Positions 1 to 13,619 of a DNA stretch of 64,000 nucleotides are shown one piece after another. The stretch spans positions 187,752 to 251,751 of the forward strand of contig JAAOMT010000446.1 in NCBI GenBank assembly GCA_016748015.1, written 5' to 3'. The stretch is from Geosiphon pyriformis uo1 (lineage: Eukaryota; Fungi; Glomeromycota). The translations under genes were made by a program, and so were the position numbers. Numbering within the stretch: position 1 is the stretch's first letter; each line of letters starts with the position of its first letter. The notes below the pieces were generated by a model. It had not been told where the DNA came from and did not search any database. It saw only the letters and a program-made list of their open reading frames with translations.

Positions 1-1889
1 CAGAGTGGGAAGTATAATTTTAAAATTAAAACCTTTGAATTTATTTTTCAATACTATTTTTAATAAGTTATATACAAATTATCAACTACAAATATTAGCA
101 GAATAATTGAATCAAGTGCTGTTTGTAGATGGGGGTTTCTTAAGGCTTAATAATATCATTTTTGTTATGCGGGTTTGTGCTTGTTGATAGATTGCTTTTC
201 TTATTTCCATTATATCGTTAATTTAATACTTCCATTTTTGGATTGAACAGTTTTTCTTTGAGAACCTTGAAAAAACAAAAATTAAGTTTTCTTGATAAAG
301 ATGGGGTTAGTACTTGTTATGTTTTCAATCCTTTATTTATGTCTCCCTTAATTAATTAAGATACTTATTTTTCTCTTCTGATTTTATGGGTAGAAGATTT
401 TCTTCATATCATCACGGATAAAGCCCAAACGATACATTTTTTGAGGATCATAAGTGAAGATCCATTATAACTTCTGGCAAAATGCCCGACATATAATGTT
501 TGATTTGAATTGATGTAGCTCGTCCTGAGTATGAATGCTTCATAAATTCTGAAAAAACATTAAGAAATTTTGAATTTCTCTGGTGCTGCCTCCTATTTTA
601 TACAAAAAACTTGGAGATCAAGTGCGATTTCCCTTTTACCAAGTTGTCAGAAAATTTGAGCCATGGAACTCAACTTCTTTACATATTTATCAAATTTCAT
701 GGTCCTAAGCAAGAAGTTTTGACTTGGGCTGTCGCCACGGAGTTCAAAGAAAATTTTCTAATCAATTCTTTTTTATGAACCTAAAAAAATCAAAAACTTG
801 CTGCCTTAGTTAAAAAATAAATTTGGATTGTAATTAGCCATAATTTTTCATGTTATATACCTATTATAGTTAGTTAAAAAAAAGTAATTAAATGTAAATA
901 TAAAAGCAAAACTAAGTTAATTTCAAGATTGTAGACCTAATCCTATTCTATCGTTGCATACATGCTAGTCTCAGGCTTCCATGTTAGAGCCAGAATAACA
1001 TCAATCTTTTCAATTTAAATTTCTCAATAATTCAATATAATCATATTTGTTTACTGAGTAGATAGAAACATATGTTTGAAATTTAGCCGAATTATACGGA
1101 AGAATGAGCTCCAAAGTTTCAGAAAAGTTCTAAAAACACATGCACAATTATCGCAGACAGATATTGTGTATGACAAATTCTTTAGTATTTCCTCTTTCCC
1201 AACTTCTTTTTCTATTTCTTCGACTCCCAGTAATGACTACAAAAAATACTATCCTATTTTCCCTATAAATCAGAGAGTATCCACAACAAATGAACTTAAT
1301 TTAACCATATTAGCTGAAAATTCTTAAAGATCAATATTAAAATTAAAATTAATATTGAATTCTTGGCTTAATAAATTATTTCAGTTAGAAAATTTACCAG
1401 AAATTATTAATTTTTAATCATAAATTAAATTTAAATATTGGATTTTATAATATAAACATTCAAAAATAATTCAAAATTGTTTTTTATTTATATATTTTAT
1501 ACAATCAATTTAAGATATTAGAATATTACTTTATTACATAAAGAATTTAAATATTTTAAAGCTGAATTTTGAATTGAATAAGATAATTGGAAATTTGTAA
1601 TATCATTGTCTTTTAAGACTTATTTTTAACAACAAAAGAAAATTATTATTTGATTAAAGAGTGACTTGAAAATCCAAAATGTATGCACAAATGAATCACT
1701 AAAAAGTTCTTAGTAAAAACAAATGTTATACAATAAAAAATGCTCAAGAAAGAGAGTATGTTTACCACAAAAATTACGCACATTATTGGACGGCTCGTTA
1801 CTTGTGTTAAAAATTAAGTTAAAACAATTAGAATTAAAATAATATTAATGGTTGAAAATTCATTGATCAACATTTTGAATGGCCAAAAC

Positions 1890-2225
1890 ATCTGCTTATT
1901 GCTGAAATCTTATCTAAAATCCAAACTCCCATATCCACCAGTATTTCAATCAAAAATAATATTACATCCTATATAATGCATAAATTGTTTGAAGATTAAA
2001 AAATCCACCGGTTCTTTAATTCCTAAATTTCCAAAAACAGATTTAGAATTTAAAGCAGCAATACGTTATTTCAAGAGAGAAAGCCTTGTTGGATGCAAAG
2101 AACATCAAATCTTGAGGAGAATGACTAAAAACAATATTGTAAAAAAATCAAATTAGAAGTGGTAAAATAGCTGAAATACTTGTTGTAATAAGAAATTTCG
2201 GATAAGGATGACCAAAGAAGCTTGA
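1890..2225 (+). pseudogene. Possible degenerate MATA-type HMG-box gene relic
   Basis: Broken frames read KLPYPP...LIPKFPKT...RMTKNNIVKKSN*KW*N...FRIRMTKEA, loosely like the KLPFPP / PRPPNAF / W..E / RMA.EA layout of fungal HMG proteins. Multiple stops and a frameshift. Confidence 0.3.
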
Positions 2226-2667
2226 ATTATTTAATTATAAAAAGAATTAAATCCGTAATAAAGTACAAGAGAGCTTTTTTTCTTTTCACTTTCCCATTGA
2301 ATAAACACGCATTTTTCTTCTGTGTGCGATTATATACCTGATTTACTATTTTTTCACATCCCAGTAATTTTGGTTTGTTGGAATAAAAAGTTTAACTCCA
2401 CGTTTTACTATATATATAAATTTTCATTAAATTTGCGGTACAGCTAGTCTCGTCTCATTCCAAGTTTTAGTAGGTTGGAGTTTTACACATTGGCCCTGAT
2501 TAAATTCTGCTGGTATTGAACATAGAAACCAATAAAATGAGATTATTGTCAACTTTATTTATTAATTTCGATTTATGAAAAGCCTCAAAATATGCCTAAT
2601 AAAATGAACTTTGAGAAATAAAACCTTATAATTTATTCTTTCGGCATATCTCTTTTTGATTTTTTTC

Positions 2668-4296
2668 TCATTCTCTCAATGAATCAATAATCGCTCTCAC
2701 TCGTCGTCTCATATCTTTAGGTAAAGTGATGTCTCCAGTTGAAAATTCCATCAACCGTTCCAGCTCAGAATCAGCCACAGTTTCACCCGACGTTTTATCG
2801 GATATAGAATACTGAAGAATTTGATGAAATATATGATCTATAATTGCAATAACATATACTCCACAGTCTAAGAGCATGTATCGATTGAAGTGATGCAGTT
2901 TTTAGAAAGTTATTCTTGTTAGTTCAATATGTAAATCTAGAAAGAAGCTTCTTACCGGAACCTGGGAAGATGATAATTTTAAAATTAAAATCTTCAAGAT
3001 TCTAATCAAAATTTAATACAGCAATAAAACTTTCAAACAAACCATTATCCTGTTGTGGCGTTTTCATTGGGATAATTTCGTATCCTTTTATGTTTGGGGA
3101 AAGAAAAATAATATTAATTGAATGATACTCTCAAAATTTTTTTGTTTATTGCTAATAAAATCTTTGAATTTATTTCCAATTTGAGAAAGTAGTGATAATA
3201 AAGATCATTATGTGATTACCTTGAATGTTTAAAACATCTGCAATACTTTTGATAGTTGCTTGAGCGGGTCCTGCATTAAAATTACTAGCACTATCATAGT
3301 AAAAGAATTTTTTAAGTGGTCTTACGTAGACAACTAGGGACCAATGAGTTCCACCACCAGCTTTCAAAGGGTCCTGATTATCACTAGTGAGTTTTGTTGG
3401 ACGAGAAAAATACCTCATTTTTAGGTTAAGGTAATTGGAGCTGTGATTTAATCATAATGGGAGACAACTTACTTTATGGGAAAAATGATGATGTCAGCAG
3501 TAAAAATTTTTGGTGGTAAAGCAGAAGAAAGGTATTGTGGGTCTTTAAAAAATTTCAAAGTAAAGGCAAAGGATGATTCAATATAAAAGAAAACTTTTAA
3601 AATTTTCCTCAAACTAACCTTTAATGCTATAAATCAAGAATGCAATTGCTGGACGCAAAAGGAATGGAGTTAACTTCTTCGTGAACTTGACCACACTTGT
3701 GTTAAAATTGCCATAATCATTGTCTTTAATATTTTTCGTTCTTGCAGCAAGTTCTGTTCTTTCCAAATACCTTTATTCGAAAGTTGAAATTAGAAATGGA
3801 TAATATTGCAGAGACCTATTTAATTAAACTTTAATCTTTCAAAGATCATTGTTTTTTTACTCGGGTCGTGGTATTCATAAAATAAAAAAGTCAAGGATCA
3901 ATACAAAAGAAGATGAGACTACTCAACTCCATAAAGAACTCAATGCATGTATCATTCAGCCATGCACCGTCTTGAAGAAGAGCAATATCCTAAAGTATTG
4001 TAAAAGTTAGAAAAGGAAAAATTGAATGCAAGAAGTGAATTAAGAAAAATATTATGTATATCAATAATGATTTTATCCTAATCATAGTTTTAATGACACG
4101 CATATCATAAATTCTAAAGGACAAAAATATACTTGGAAATTGACCACAAGAAAACCGTCAGGAAATCAAGGACAAATGCCTGATAATTTATATTCATATA
4201 CGTATCTTTTTCCGCAGAAAATATTTAATACTTAAGAAATCATACCTCATAGTATAGCACAACGTCGTGGTAAGATAAAGCTATTAGGCGTGACAT
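2668..4296 (-). CDS. SENP8: NEDD8-specific (deneddylase) Ulp1-family cysteine protease, 8 exons
   Basis: GT-AG exons 4296-4246, 3989-3928, 3770-3619, 3542-3473, 3383-3220, 3084-3043, 2961-2956 and 2867-2668 splice in frame: MSRLIALSYHDVVLYYEDIALLQDGAWLNDTCIEFFMEYL...IIFPINDN...GGGTHWSLVV...YYDS...PQQDNGSDCGVYV. His-Asp-Cys triad and oxyanion Gln present. Confidence 0.9.
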
Positions 4297-5865
4297 TTTG
4301 AGGCCAAATTCTTTTTGAGGTATGAAAATTAAGAGATGATCATTGTTACTGTCCTGGGCGGGCATATTTATTATTCTCTGATTTGTATCATCACCAATGT
4401 TGATTTTTGATGAATTTTGATAACTGACTGAGATGTATTCATTATAGGGTACCAAAAGTAACCTCCGATTTACAAGTGTAACAATAAAAAAACTCGGGCG
4501 TTACTTTTGTTGCCTGCTGTACATATATAAAGGATCTTGGTGTTCATTTGAAAAAAAATTGACATATGTTAATAAAAAGAATTCAACAATTCTCTGTAAA
4601 ACATTATTTGAATATATTCGGAATCTTATTTTTTAATTCGGAGGTAACTTACCCACTAATGCTAGATGCACCAATAGCGAACAAAAGATAAAAGATTCTT
4701 TAATGATTTATTTCATATTTAGGTTGTTTTATAATCAGGATCATTCAAATCTATTGGTTAAATGATCTTTCTTCATATTTCAAAGAACTTGACTTTCTTT
4801 TATCAGTTTCAACTTTTAATTGTCGTTTTTTGGCAAGAAATTTTTTTTCCAAGGATATTAAAAAAAATACAATTTATTTTGGTACATTTATAATTTCAAA
4901 TGAGTAAATGAAGTTTGATTTTTCAAAAATTCTAGAAATTCTGGAAAAAAAGAAAGAAAGAAAGAAGCATAATCAAGCAATTTTTCTGATTTTAATTTTA
5001 TTTTATTGAAATAAAATTTTGAGCATTCTAACACATGCTTCAAAATCTTTATCAAAAAAGGCCAAGCAAATCACAATTTATTCATGAATTTTTACCAAGT
5101 ATACCTTTTTTTAATGATTTTTATCGCACAATACATTTATTAACGATCAATATTGCTTCTAAATTCGACTCACGAATTTTAATCGTCCTTTTCCAGAGTT
5201 AAAATTTTAAATAAAGATGGAGAGATAAACATGGATTTTTGGTGAATCTTTAACACTTGAACTTTAAACGTAAATAGAATATTTAACTACTTATTTTTTA
5301 ATAATAATATTTTTAAAATTTCGTTTTTTCACAAGAATGTAAAATATATATGGGAAAAGTATGTTAATTTAAATATTTATGAGGTTTTATTTTTCAATCA
5401 GAAGCTTTGGGTGTTCAATTTTTCGATAGAGAGCGAATGAGGAATTTTTTTTGTTTGTTGCGTTAATTGGAGTTAGCAATCAATTAAATAAATTTAAAGT
5501 CTAGTTCTGAGAGTTAACTAATTATTTCAAATCGTTCAATATTAACTGTTTAACTTAATTTGCAATTTTTTAAAGGGAATTTCATTTACCCCAGAAAGTA
5601 TATAAATAAATTTCTATAATCTCAACACAAAATCTATGTCAAGAGGTTAAAGAGTAAATCTATGTAAAAAAAAATATGAACATAAAGAAAGAACTATTTA
5701 TAATATATATATATAATTGATATAAATAATATTTTAAGATATTTTTTGATATACCATCATTTTAAAACCCAAGGATATTTTTAACCAGATTCTATAAAAT
5801 TGAAATAGCTTTCAAATTTCTGGCTCCCATAACTCATTTAAAACTTTGAATTTTATACTATTTTT

Positions 5866-6976
5866 TTAAATGAAATGGTTATAATTATTGTTATTTTCGA
5901 TATGAGAATATTCACGTAAAAGTGGTCTTTCTGGAGTAGTAGGTGTATTATATTTTTTTGGATGATACGAATTCTCTATTCCTGGAGTGATTGTGGTAGT
6001 CTCCAAAATAGAAACTGTTATCGCATCACGACTCTTATGACGTTTGAGGTTTTTTTCGTATTCAGATGAAGAAACAAGTTCTTGAGGCTGGGGTGCATTG
6101 CGGTTAAATAGTCGAGGTAGTGTCAACCCGAATTGAGTCATATTAAAAACTGTGAAAGCTGTGAAAAATTCATCAATATAATCATAGGTTGGGAGTGTTG
6201 TTGAAAAAATGTTGATAACCCTATAAACGATCATTGTCATGATAAAGCCTAGATCAATTATAAAAATTACGGCCTGGAAACGTCTATAACGAATCATTGA
6301 TTCCTGCCCCTGAGATGGGACAAAATTTTTCAAAGCTCTGAAAAGAACTATAAAGAAAATTGTTTCCGATACCATATAATAGAGTCGTGGTAATGGGGCA
6401 AATGCATCACGTATCACCTTTAGAATACTAAGGGAAGCACAGGCAGGGTGCTTCATGTTATAGTCACATTTTCCGATATATATGATGTCACCGATAAAGA
6501 CTAAATTCAAAAAAAAAAAACAGGAAAATTTTAGTTCAAAAATAACTAAGACAAGGATAAAGAAAAAAACTTAAAGAAAGGAAATTTTATTTACCAGAGA
6601 AAATTTGAGCAACACGAGCACCAAAAAAACTGAAATGAAGCCATGGATATTTACCCCAAGGTTTAAAAACTGATTTACATCTTAAACGAGCAAGATAAAG
6701 GATAGTTGGCTTCGCAATTAAATACAAAAAGTCATTTACAGTTTTTGTGATCATAAAAGCCTTATCAGTTGGATAAAAAATTAAAAGAAAGATTCGGGTG
6801 AGGGTGTTAATTTCTGTTAAAAACATTAACATGCAAATTAAGGGAAAAAGATAAAATTTGGCTGGTCGGGATTTTTGAAGATAAATTCTCACAGCCGTTT
6901 GGATAGTAAGGACCAGGGCAGCACTAACCACCACTGAACCAATCCATTCTTCTCCGGTTTGTTCTATAGATGTCAT
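5866..6976 (-). CDS. Seven-transmembrane (GPCR-like) membrane protein, 2 exons
   Basis: Exons 6976-6595 and 6500-5866 join in frame through a GT...AG intron with a poly-T tract. About seven hydrophobic segments, a Cys pair in a loop (KCDYNMKHPAC) and a Ser/Thr-rich polar C-tail. Confidence 0.75.
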
Positions 6977-7500
6977 TATATGAAACTAAAGGATTGTAAA
7001 GGGTTTTTTTGACATAAATTTAATTGGTATTATTGAGGTAGCAGCAGATTTTTGTAATAGATTGACGCTTTTTATTAGATGTTGAATGTATCACTAACTT
7101 ATTTGAATTTGACATGTTTCTTTGCTGAATATATGATTCGTGAATTTGATCTGTTTCACGTATAAATCGAAATTCATGGGCATCTTTCCCAAATAATCAT
7201 GAAAGCCCTAATCTAATATGAAGCACGTGTTTTTTCTGACGAGAATAATTTGATTTTTTAAGGTTTTCAAACCTTAAAATTTAAAATTCATTTACTACAA
7301 ACCTTCTTGTATATTACCGAAAGAGTATTAACGAAAAATTAGCTAGGTCCTTGGACAAAACTAAACTCTGTAAAAAAAAATTTGTATTTTATGTTTTAAT
7401 ATAAATACTTACACAATCAATGATCAAATTTTGACGCAAAAAGAAACCGTAAACAAGTTCTATCAAAAATTTTTCTCCTTCCCTAGCTGGTTCCTACTGA

Positions 7501-7533
<33 letters not shown>
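7501..7533. repeat. (ATT)11 microsatellite
   Basis: Perfect trinucleotide run read directly. Confidence 0.95.
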
Positions 7534-9329
7534 TTAAAATTTCAATCAAAAGAATTCTTATAAAAATTCAACTTGAAAAGTTTTACAGAGTTGGTAATAT
7601 TCAATATTCTTGAAAAATGACGTTTGTATTTCTAAAAACCCTTAAAACGGTCTATATTTTCATAAGTTACAACACATTGAGTTATTAAAAATTTGGGAAT
7701 TTTCCAACTTGTTATTCTAGCGTGTTCTGTGCTTCAATAAATTAATTCACTAAAGAAATACAAATCTACGCAGTTTATTTGATATAGCTAAAATTTTAGA
7801 AAACAGTTTCATTAATTTTGTAATTACAACAAACTTATTCCATGGTTACAGATAAGGAAATAAAGTTCTCTAGAAAAAAATAATAAGTAATTAAGTAGGT
7901 TTTCTTTCAAAGTAAATTTCAAATTCCTTTAATAGTAGATAGACTGAATACTAAAAAAAATCAAAACATTCTTTAATTTTTTGAATTTTTATTAAAATTG
8001 TTTAAAAATGATCAAGTCAATAAATTTTTTTTACACGTGTACACAGAATTTGTAATTGAGAGTCAAAAAATTGGATCCACGTTCTGGATAAAATTTGCAA
8101 AGATCATTTTTTACTGCTTAATAAAATAATCTACGAATCACAAAAATATTGTGTAACAAAAAATAAACGCCAAACAACTTATATTATTAATACATATTCA
8201 TATCTTTTTACTCGACATAAGTAATAATAAAATACAATTTTCAAGTAAAATTCTTTTTTTTTGTAGTTATATTTCAACATTAAAAATTTTGATTTAAAGT
8301 AAAATTATCTTTGAAAAATACGAGAGTTCATTAATTTAAAAAAAAACAGTTAATATTTGATTTTATAATATATAAGAATTAATAACTTATTGGATTATAA
8401 AAATAAAGAATAGATTCAAAAAATTTTTCATAATCATTATTAATTGATTAAAAATGTAATCTCTTTCTTTAAATAAATCTTGTTTTTCAAAAGATTTATA
8501 TGTTAATTATTTATTAATCTAACAATAATTAAAAATAATTATCAAATGAAATATTTTTGTTCTAATTTTTTGTAAGTATTTTTAAAATATAACAAATAAC
8601 AAATAAAATAAATCAGTTTTCAAGTTAAATAAATGTTTTTTTATATAATAAAAAAGTTTTACACAAATTATTTATTAAGTATTGATACAATTTTTTAATA
8701 TGTTAAAAACAAAAATTCATTAATAATTAATGTTTAAAAAGTTAATTCAATTAATATGTCAATTATCAATAAAAAATTTTTTTTGAAAAAACTTTTAATA
8801 AGAAATATTCTTTGAGAAAATTATAACCATTAAAATAAACAAGTATTTAATTTTTAGCAAGAACAGTAAATTTTTAGCAAATTGGCTTATGAATAAATCT
8901 AATTTACCAATTTAAATATCAAAAATTTTCAGCAAATGCTTAAAGTATCTTTATATGAGTCTACCATTTAAATTCCTGAAATTTACAGGTTAATTCATTA
9001 TTTTAAGTTGTGAAGAAAAAATTTTCAACTTTCATTTGGAAATAAAAAATTGTCATTTTAATTATTGCTTGCTAAGTAAGAGGGATGCAACATAAAGTCC
9101 TACTATTCAGCCATTTTTGAAAAATGTCAAAGAACATATTTCTTAGTTGCGGACCATTTCAAGGATTAGTCTTGGGTAAACAAAATTCATTCTATGCTGT
9201 TCAGTTTAATATAAAGTTTTTCTTAATTTATTTTCGAAGACGGGAAGGGGAATGGGTAAAATTGTGTGTGATGTGTAAAATATTTTCAATCAGAAGAAAT
9301 TAGGAAAAATTGATAGTATCTGCACAATC

Positions 9330-9896
9330 ATGCAGGGTGCAATTTTAAAAAGTGTATTTAATAAGCTTGGATCGGCTTTTCTCCACTTTTATAGTGACGG
9401 CTTTTTGGAACTTGAATACGTAATGAATCAAAAATCTACCAGTATATCACCCGTACCCCACTTTAAAATTGTGGAATATTGTAACGGGAAACAAGAAGCA
9501 ACAAATGGGTTAAGAAGCTTCTTATTCGCGATTCGAAAAGAACCAAGAAAATATTCAGATTCCCATTATTGGTTTCAAAGGTATGTTTTTATTCAAGAGT
9601 CGGCACATCAGATTTGTTTTTTTACAGCCTTAAAGATCATTTGAAAGAAGCAAATTTTTCATATTATATAATAGTTTCAAAAATTATTTTCACATTTCAG
9701 AGCTATAGAAAAAGGACACCTTCAAGGTTACCTTTACCTGGGCAAACTCTCTTTTGAAGGGAATGGAGTGTCCAAGGATGTTCATGAAGCGTTGAGATAT
9801 TTTCATAAAGCCCACAAATATCTTGAGCAAGAATGCCAAAGGATAAGGGCATTACATCACCTTGAAAGGATGTTTAAATGTTTAACGCCTCATTAA
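9330..9896 (+). CDS. Short Sel1-like repeat protein (possibly partial or pseudogene)
   Basis: Intron 9581-9700 (GTATG...TTTCAG) joins ...SHYWFQR to AIEKGHLQGYLYLGKLSFEGNGVSKDVHEALRYFHKA, a Sel1 consensus (YLG..Y..G.GV.KD..EA..YF.KA). Stop at 9894-9896; 5' end uncertain. Confidence 0.6.
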
Positions 9897-10658
9897 TAAT
9901 TTCGTAAATTTTGGATATTATAGCAAAAAAAATATTTTAACTTGTAAAAAGACAAAACGAATTGTAATTTAGTTTGAAGATTTAAACGAAAATCCCTTTT
10001 TGAAAATCGCAATACTAGTTCCGAATATTAATTAGACTAACCCTATAGAGAGGATTTTATCTATTTGAACCTAAATGTGGGAATGAATTAAATTCTATTA
10101 CGTTTAAAGTTGTCATTTCAGAACACAATCAGAAGATTTTTAATTTATCTCGTTCCCATGGGTCGATCTTGATCTTTTAATATGTTTGGTCCAAAATTTA
10201 CTTTAGGCCTTGAGTGAGCAAGAATCTGAAAGAGGAAGGTCAATAGTTAACTATTTATACTTTTGGTTGATTTCTAATTGTGGGACTGAATCAAATTCAG
10301 TTAAAAATATATTTGCTGTTTTGGCAGAATTAAAAAATCTGCAATTGGAAATACCCTTTTTAAAATGTAGATATACAGGTTATAATCTTTTCTTGATTTC
10401 CCTAAAGGGTCTAACCCAATTGACACGCTCAACTTCAAATCGAAAAATATCAATTATTTAAAATCCTAATCATTTCTTCAAGAAGTTGAAAATTAAAAAC
10501 ATCGGATCCGTGAAAGTGAACCTTATGCTCAAACATTTATTATTTCTTGTGAGGTTCTATATTCAATAAAAGAATGGACACCAAAAATTGACAAATGAAA
10601 AAATGTTCAAAGTAGTTTATGTTCCTCATAAAAATTATTAAAATGTTCTTCCAGCCGG

Positions 10659-11226
10659 TTATTTTGGGCAATCAGCCATTTCGTAACTTTCGGCAATGAC
10701 TTTAAACCAAACCGTTGAATATAAACATTCTGCGTTATCCAGATTCTCAGGAAGTCTAGCCGCTACTCGATAATAATAAATTCCAGTTTGTGGATTTCGA
10801 CCTAAATTCATATTAAAATACGGTGTAGAAATTTTTCCAAATGTTCTGAGCTGTCCAGACCATAGCAGAGACACAACACGATTTGAGGAACTTTCAAGTA
10901 ATTCGACTCGAGCTACCGTGTTAATCCAACCATTACCAGGGTCAAAGGATATTTGATAACATTGACCTAAAATGATATCAAGAAAATTTTTTGATCAACT
11001 GTTTAACTTTTAAAAATCATATTTTTTATTTTGATTAAGTTCACGTATCATATATGAATTCTAAAATCTTGAATTTTTGTAAAATTTCCATTTACTTACC
11101 ATTTGTCAAGACTAAACCTTGGTCAATAGGTGAGGTAATTCTGAATTGTTTGCACACCGCAACATCTAGTGAAATTGAAGGTAGAGTCAAGGTAAAAAAA
11201 ATAGCCAGCAGAAAAAGAATTTTCAT
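10659..11226 (-). CDS. Small secreted protein (144 aa), beta-rich, Kre9/Knh1 N-terminal Ig-like resemblance
   Basis: Exons 11226-11100 and 10966-10659. Signal peptide MKILFLLAIFFTLTLPSIS, then CKQFRITSP...GQCYQISFDPG...YYYRV...CLYST...CPK; four Cys. Confidence 0.75.
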
Positions 11227-11945
11227 TTTTTCCAGTAAATTTAATTTCTTTCTTTCAATTAATATTTTTTGGTGTCTTTTTTAAAGTAAAAAAAATGAAG
11301 CATTAATTAAGTATTAAAAATCATTAAGGCATTATTCATTCATTTAAATAATTAAATGCAAGCATTGTACCACGTGTAACATTAAAGAACTTGAAATCGA
11401 TGTTGTATCCTTACATTACTTATTCCTGAAGATTTCAAACATGCAGGTACTGCTATACTTGCATTGAAATCAAATAATGCAGGAAGATATCAAACCACAT
11501 CATAATTGTTGTTCTTTTCCTATTGAGCTTCTTGGTGGAAGGTTAAATGCGAAACGGTAAGAAACCGCATTAAAATTGGGAAGCTGAAGAGGACTAAGCC
11601 TCTAACTTCTTATAAGATCTTGTGAATTTTTCTTTACAAGTTAAAATCAAAATGTAAGCGATTTATGTCTAAAATTGGATAGGTCCCAGGAATTTTTTTT
11701 ATTAAATTAACGGTTGAATATTTTATAATCATTTAAAATCACATAGGGATTACAGAATATATCAAGGAGACTTGATGATTATGACTGATTTTTAATTTAT
11801 TAAACAATTAAATATCAATCAAATAGACTTAAAAAAAAAAAATTTTCTCTTTATTTAATTGGTTTTGTAAATTAAAAACTTTAATCATTAAATCAGTGAT
11901 TTTTTTAAATTACATAAGTTTTCAATGATGTGAAGGTCATTGGAT

Positions 11946-12562
11946 TTATTTACCCTCAGCAATTTTCTTCACTAGAGTTTTCCAACGATGCCTAACAAAA
12001 TCTGCATTGCGCCCATTATCCAATTTATCTGCTAGCCATTTCCACTTTCCTGCCTCGGTTTTCGTTGCCAGTTCTGCCATTCCTTCCAAGATGACTTTAT
12101 CCTCTTCAGGAGTCGCTGGACCTTTCTTATTTAATACCTTTACTTGTCTACTTTCCTCCTTTTCTTTGTGTTCATTTTCCATTTTTTTGCCAGGTTCTTC
12201 ATAGACACCGTTCTCAGGGAATAATTGATCAACATTCTCTTCACTTTCTGATTTATCTTCTACCGGAGTTTTTTTCGTTTTGCTTGTTGCTTTCTCTTTT
12301 TTATCATTTTTTGGTCGTTTTTTTTTCAGTTGATGATCAGACTCAAATTCGGATTCTTCTTGACTATTATATGAAGATGGTTTGGAACGCTTTTTTGAAT
12401 TTGCAGATTTTCTTTTGGGGGTTATCATTTTCGTACGGATTCCAAATATGTTCTTTAACTTAATAAAAAATGAGACTTATTTAGAGCTGTACAGGAGTTA
12501 TTAAACCAAATAAAAATCACCTCTTCCGATTCGGTTGCAACTTCCCCATCAAAGTGGGACAT
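11946..12562 (-). CDS. Myb/SANT-domain nuclear protein
   Basis: C-terminal TPEEDKVILEG...KWKWLADKLDNGRNADFVRHRWKTL is a single Myb repeat, preceded by a Lys-rich NLS-like and acidic region. Likely first exon 12562-12521 (MSHFDGEVATESEE) splices in frame to 12458. Confidence 0.8.
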
Positions 12563-13619
12563 CGTGATTTATGTCGCGAGAATTTGGTTTTTTGTGGCAC
12601 TATAAATTTATCGATTCTCGATATTTGAGTGTCAAGTTAAATCAAAGCGTCGAAATGAGTGATCTCCACAAGCCTATTTTAAAAATTCGTGTCTTTTTAT
12701 GTGAACCAAATATTTTTACTTGATGCAGGGCTCGATTATTTAAGACCAAAGTAAATTAAATTCTCTTCCTTCATTTAACAATAAAATAGTGGGTACTGCA
12801 GGCGTTACGGTAATCTTAAAGTCTTTTTGATGATCAGCGAAAGCTATTCTGGCTCTAGGATTGATAATTTTTGGTTTACGCCAAAAATTCTCATCATTTG
12901 TATTAACTGAAAATTTTGACCGGCGCTTTAATCCCTTTATGAATTAAATTATCTCCACGCTTTGCGTTAGAGAACAAAAGCTTCATTGACTGTATTCAAA
13001 TAAGGAGAATATATCCTTTAAATTAACTTTAAAAATAGATGCATTGCAATAATAAATCTTCTTATTCTGAAACTTATTTGTGAAAAAACGAATATAAAGT
13101 AAACTTTCATTATTATTAAAAACAATTTAATATAGCTATTATATCTAAATATTTTTCTCTAATTATACTCCTTGGATATATGACTAAATTTAATTGTTGA
13201 TTTAACTGGCTCAATTTGTATTCATGAACAAAAATGATCACAGAAAAATTATCTAGCTCCAATAAATGATCCAAAAAGAGCCCAATTGATCAAAAAAAGT
13301 ACGCATCTTAAAATTGATTTAAGCACAAAAAAATAATGCTATTACATTATTTTGTGGTTCAATAAAAATTCCAACGTTTTGGATACATTTAAAATCCAGG
13401 TTTGGAACATAATTAATTAAAAATTCCAAATTATTGTTGATCTCTTGATAACCAACAGCCAAGAAACCTTCTTGCCTAGATATACGTTGTCACAGCAAAA
13501 GCAATGGTAGAATGGCAACAAAAAGCCAAAAATAAGGATATTATAAATCTTAACACCACAAAGTTTAAGCTTTAAGAAATTTAGATAATGAGGAATGTAA
13601 TTCATGATCTTTTAATAAT

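Noticed and set aside
420-1327. Short coding-looking stretches and ORF 1076-1327
   Set aside because: No coherent spliced model or recognisable motif could be built.
7431-7613. Poly-Tyr ORF
   Set aside because: Produced by the (ATT)n microsatellite.
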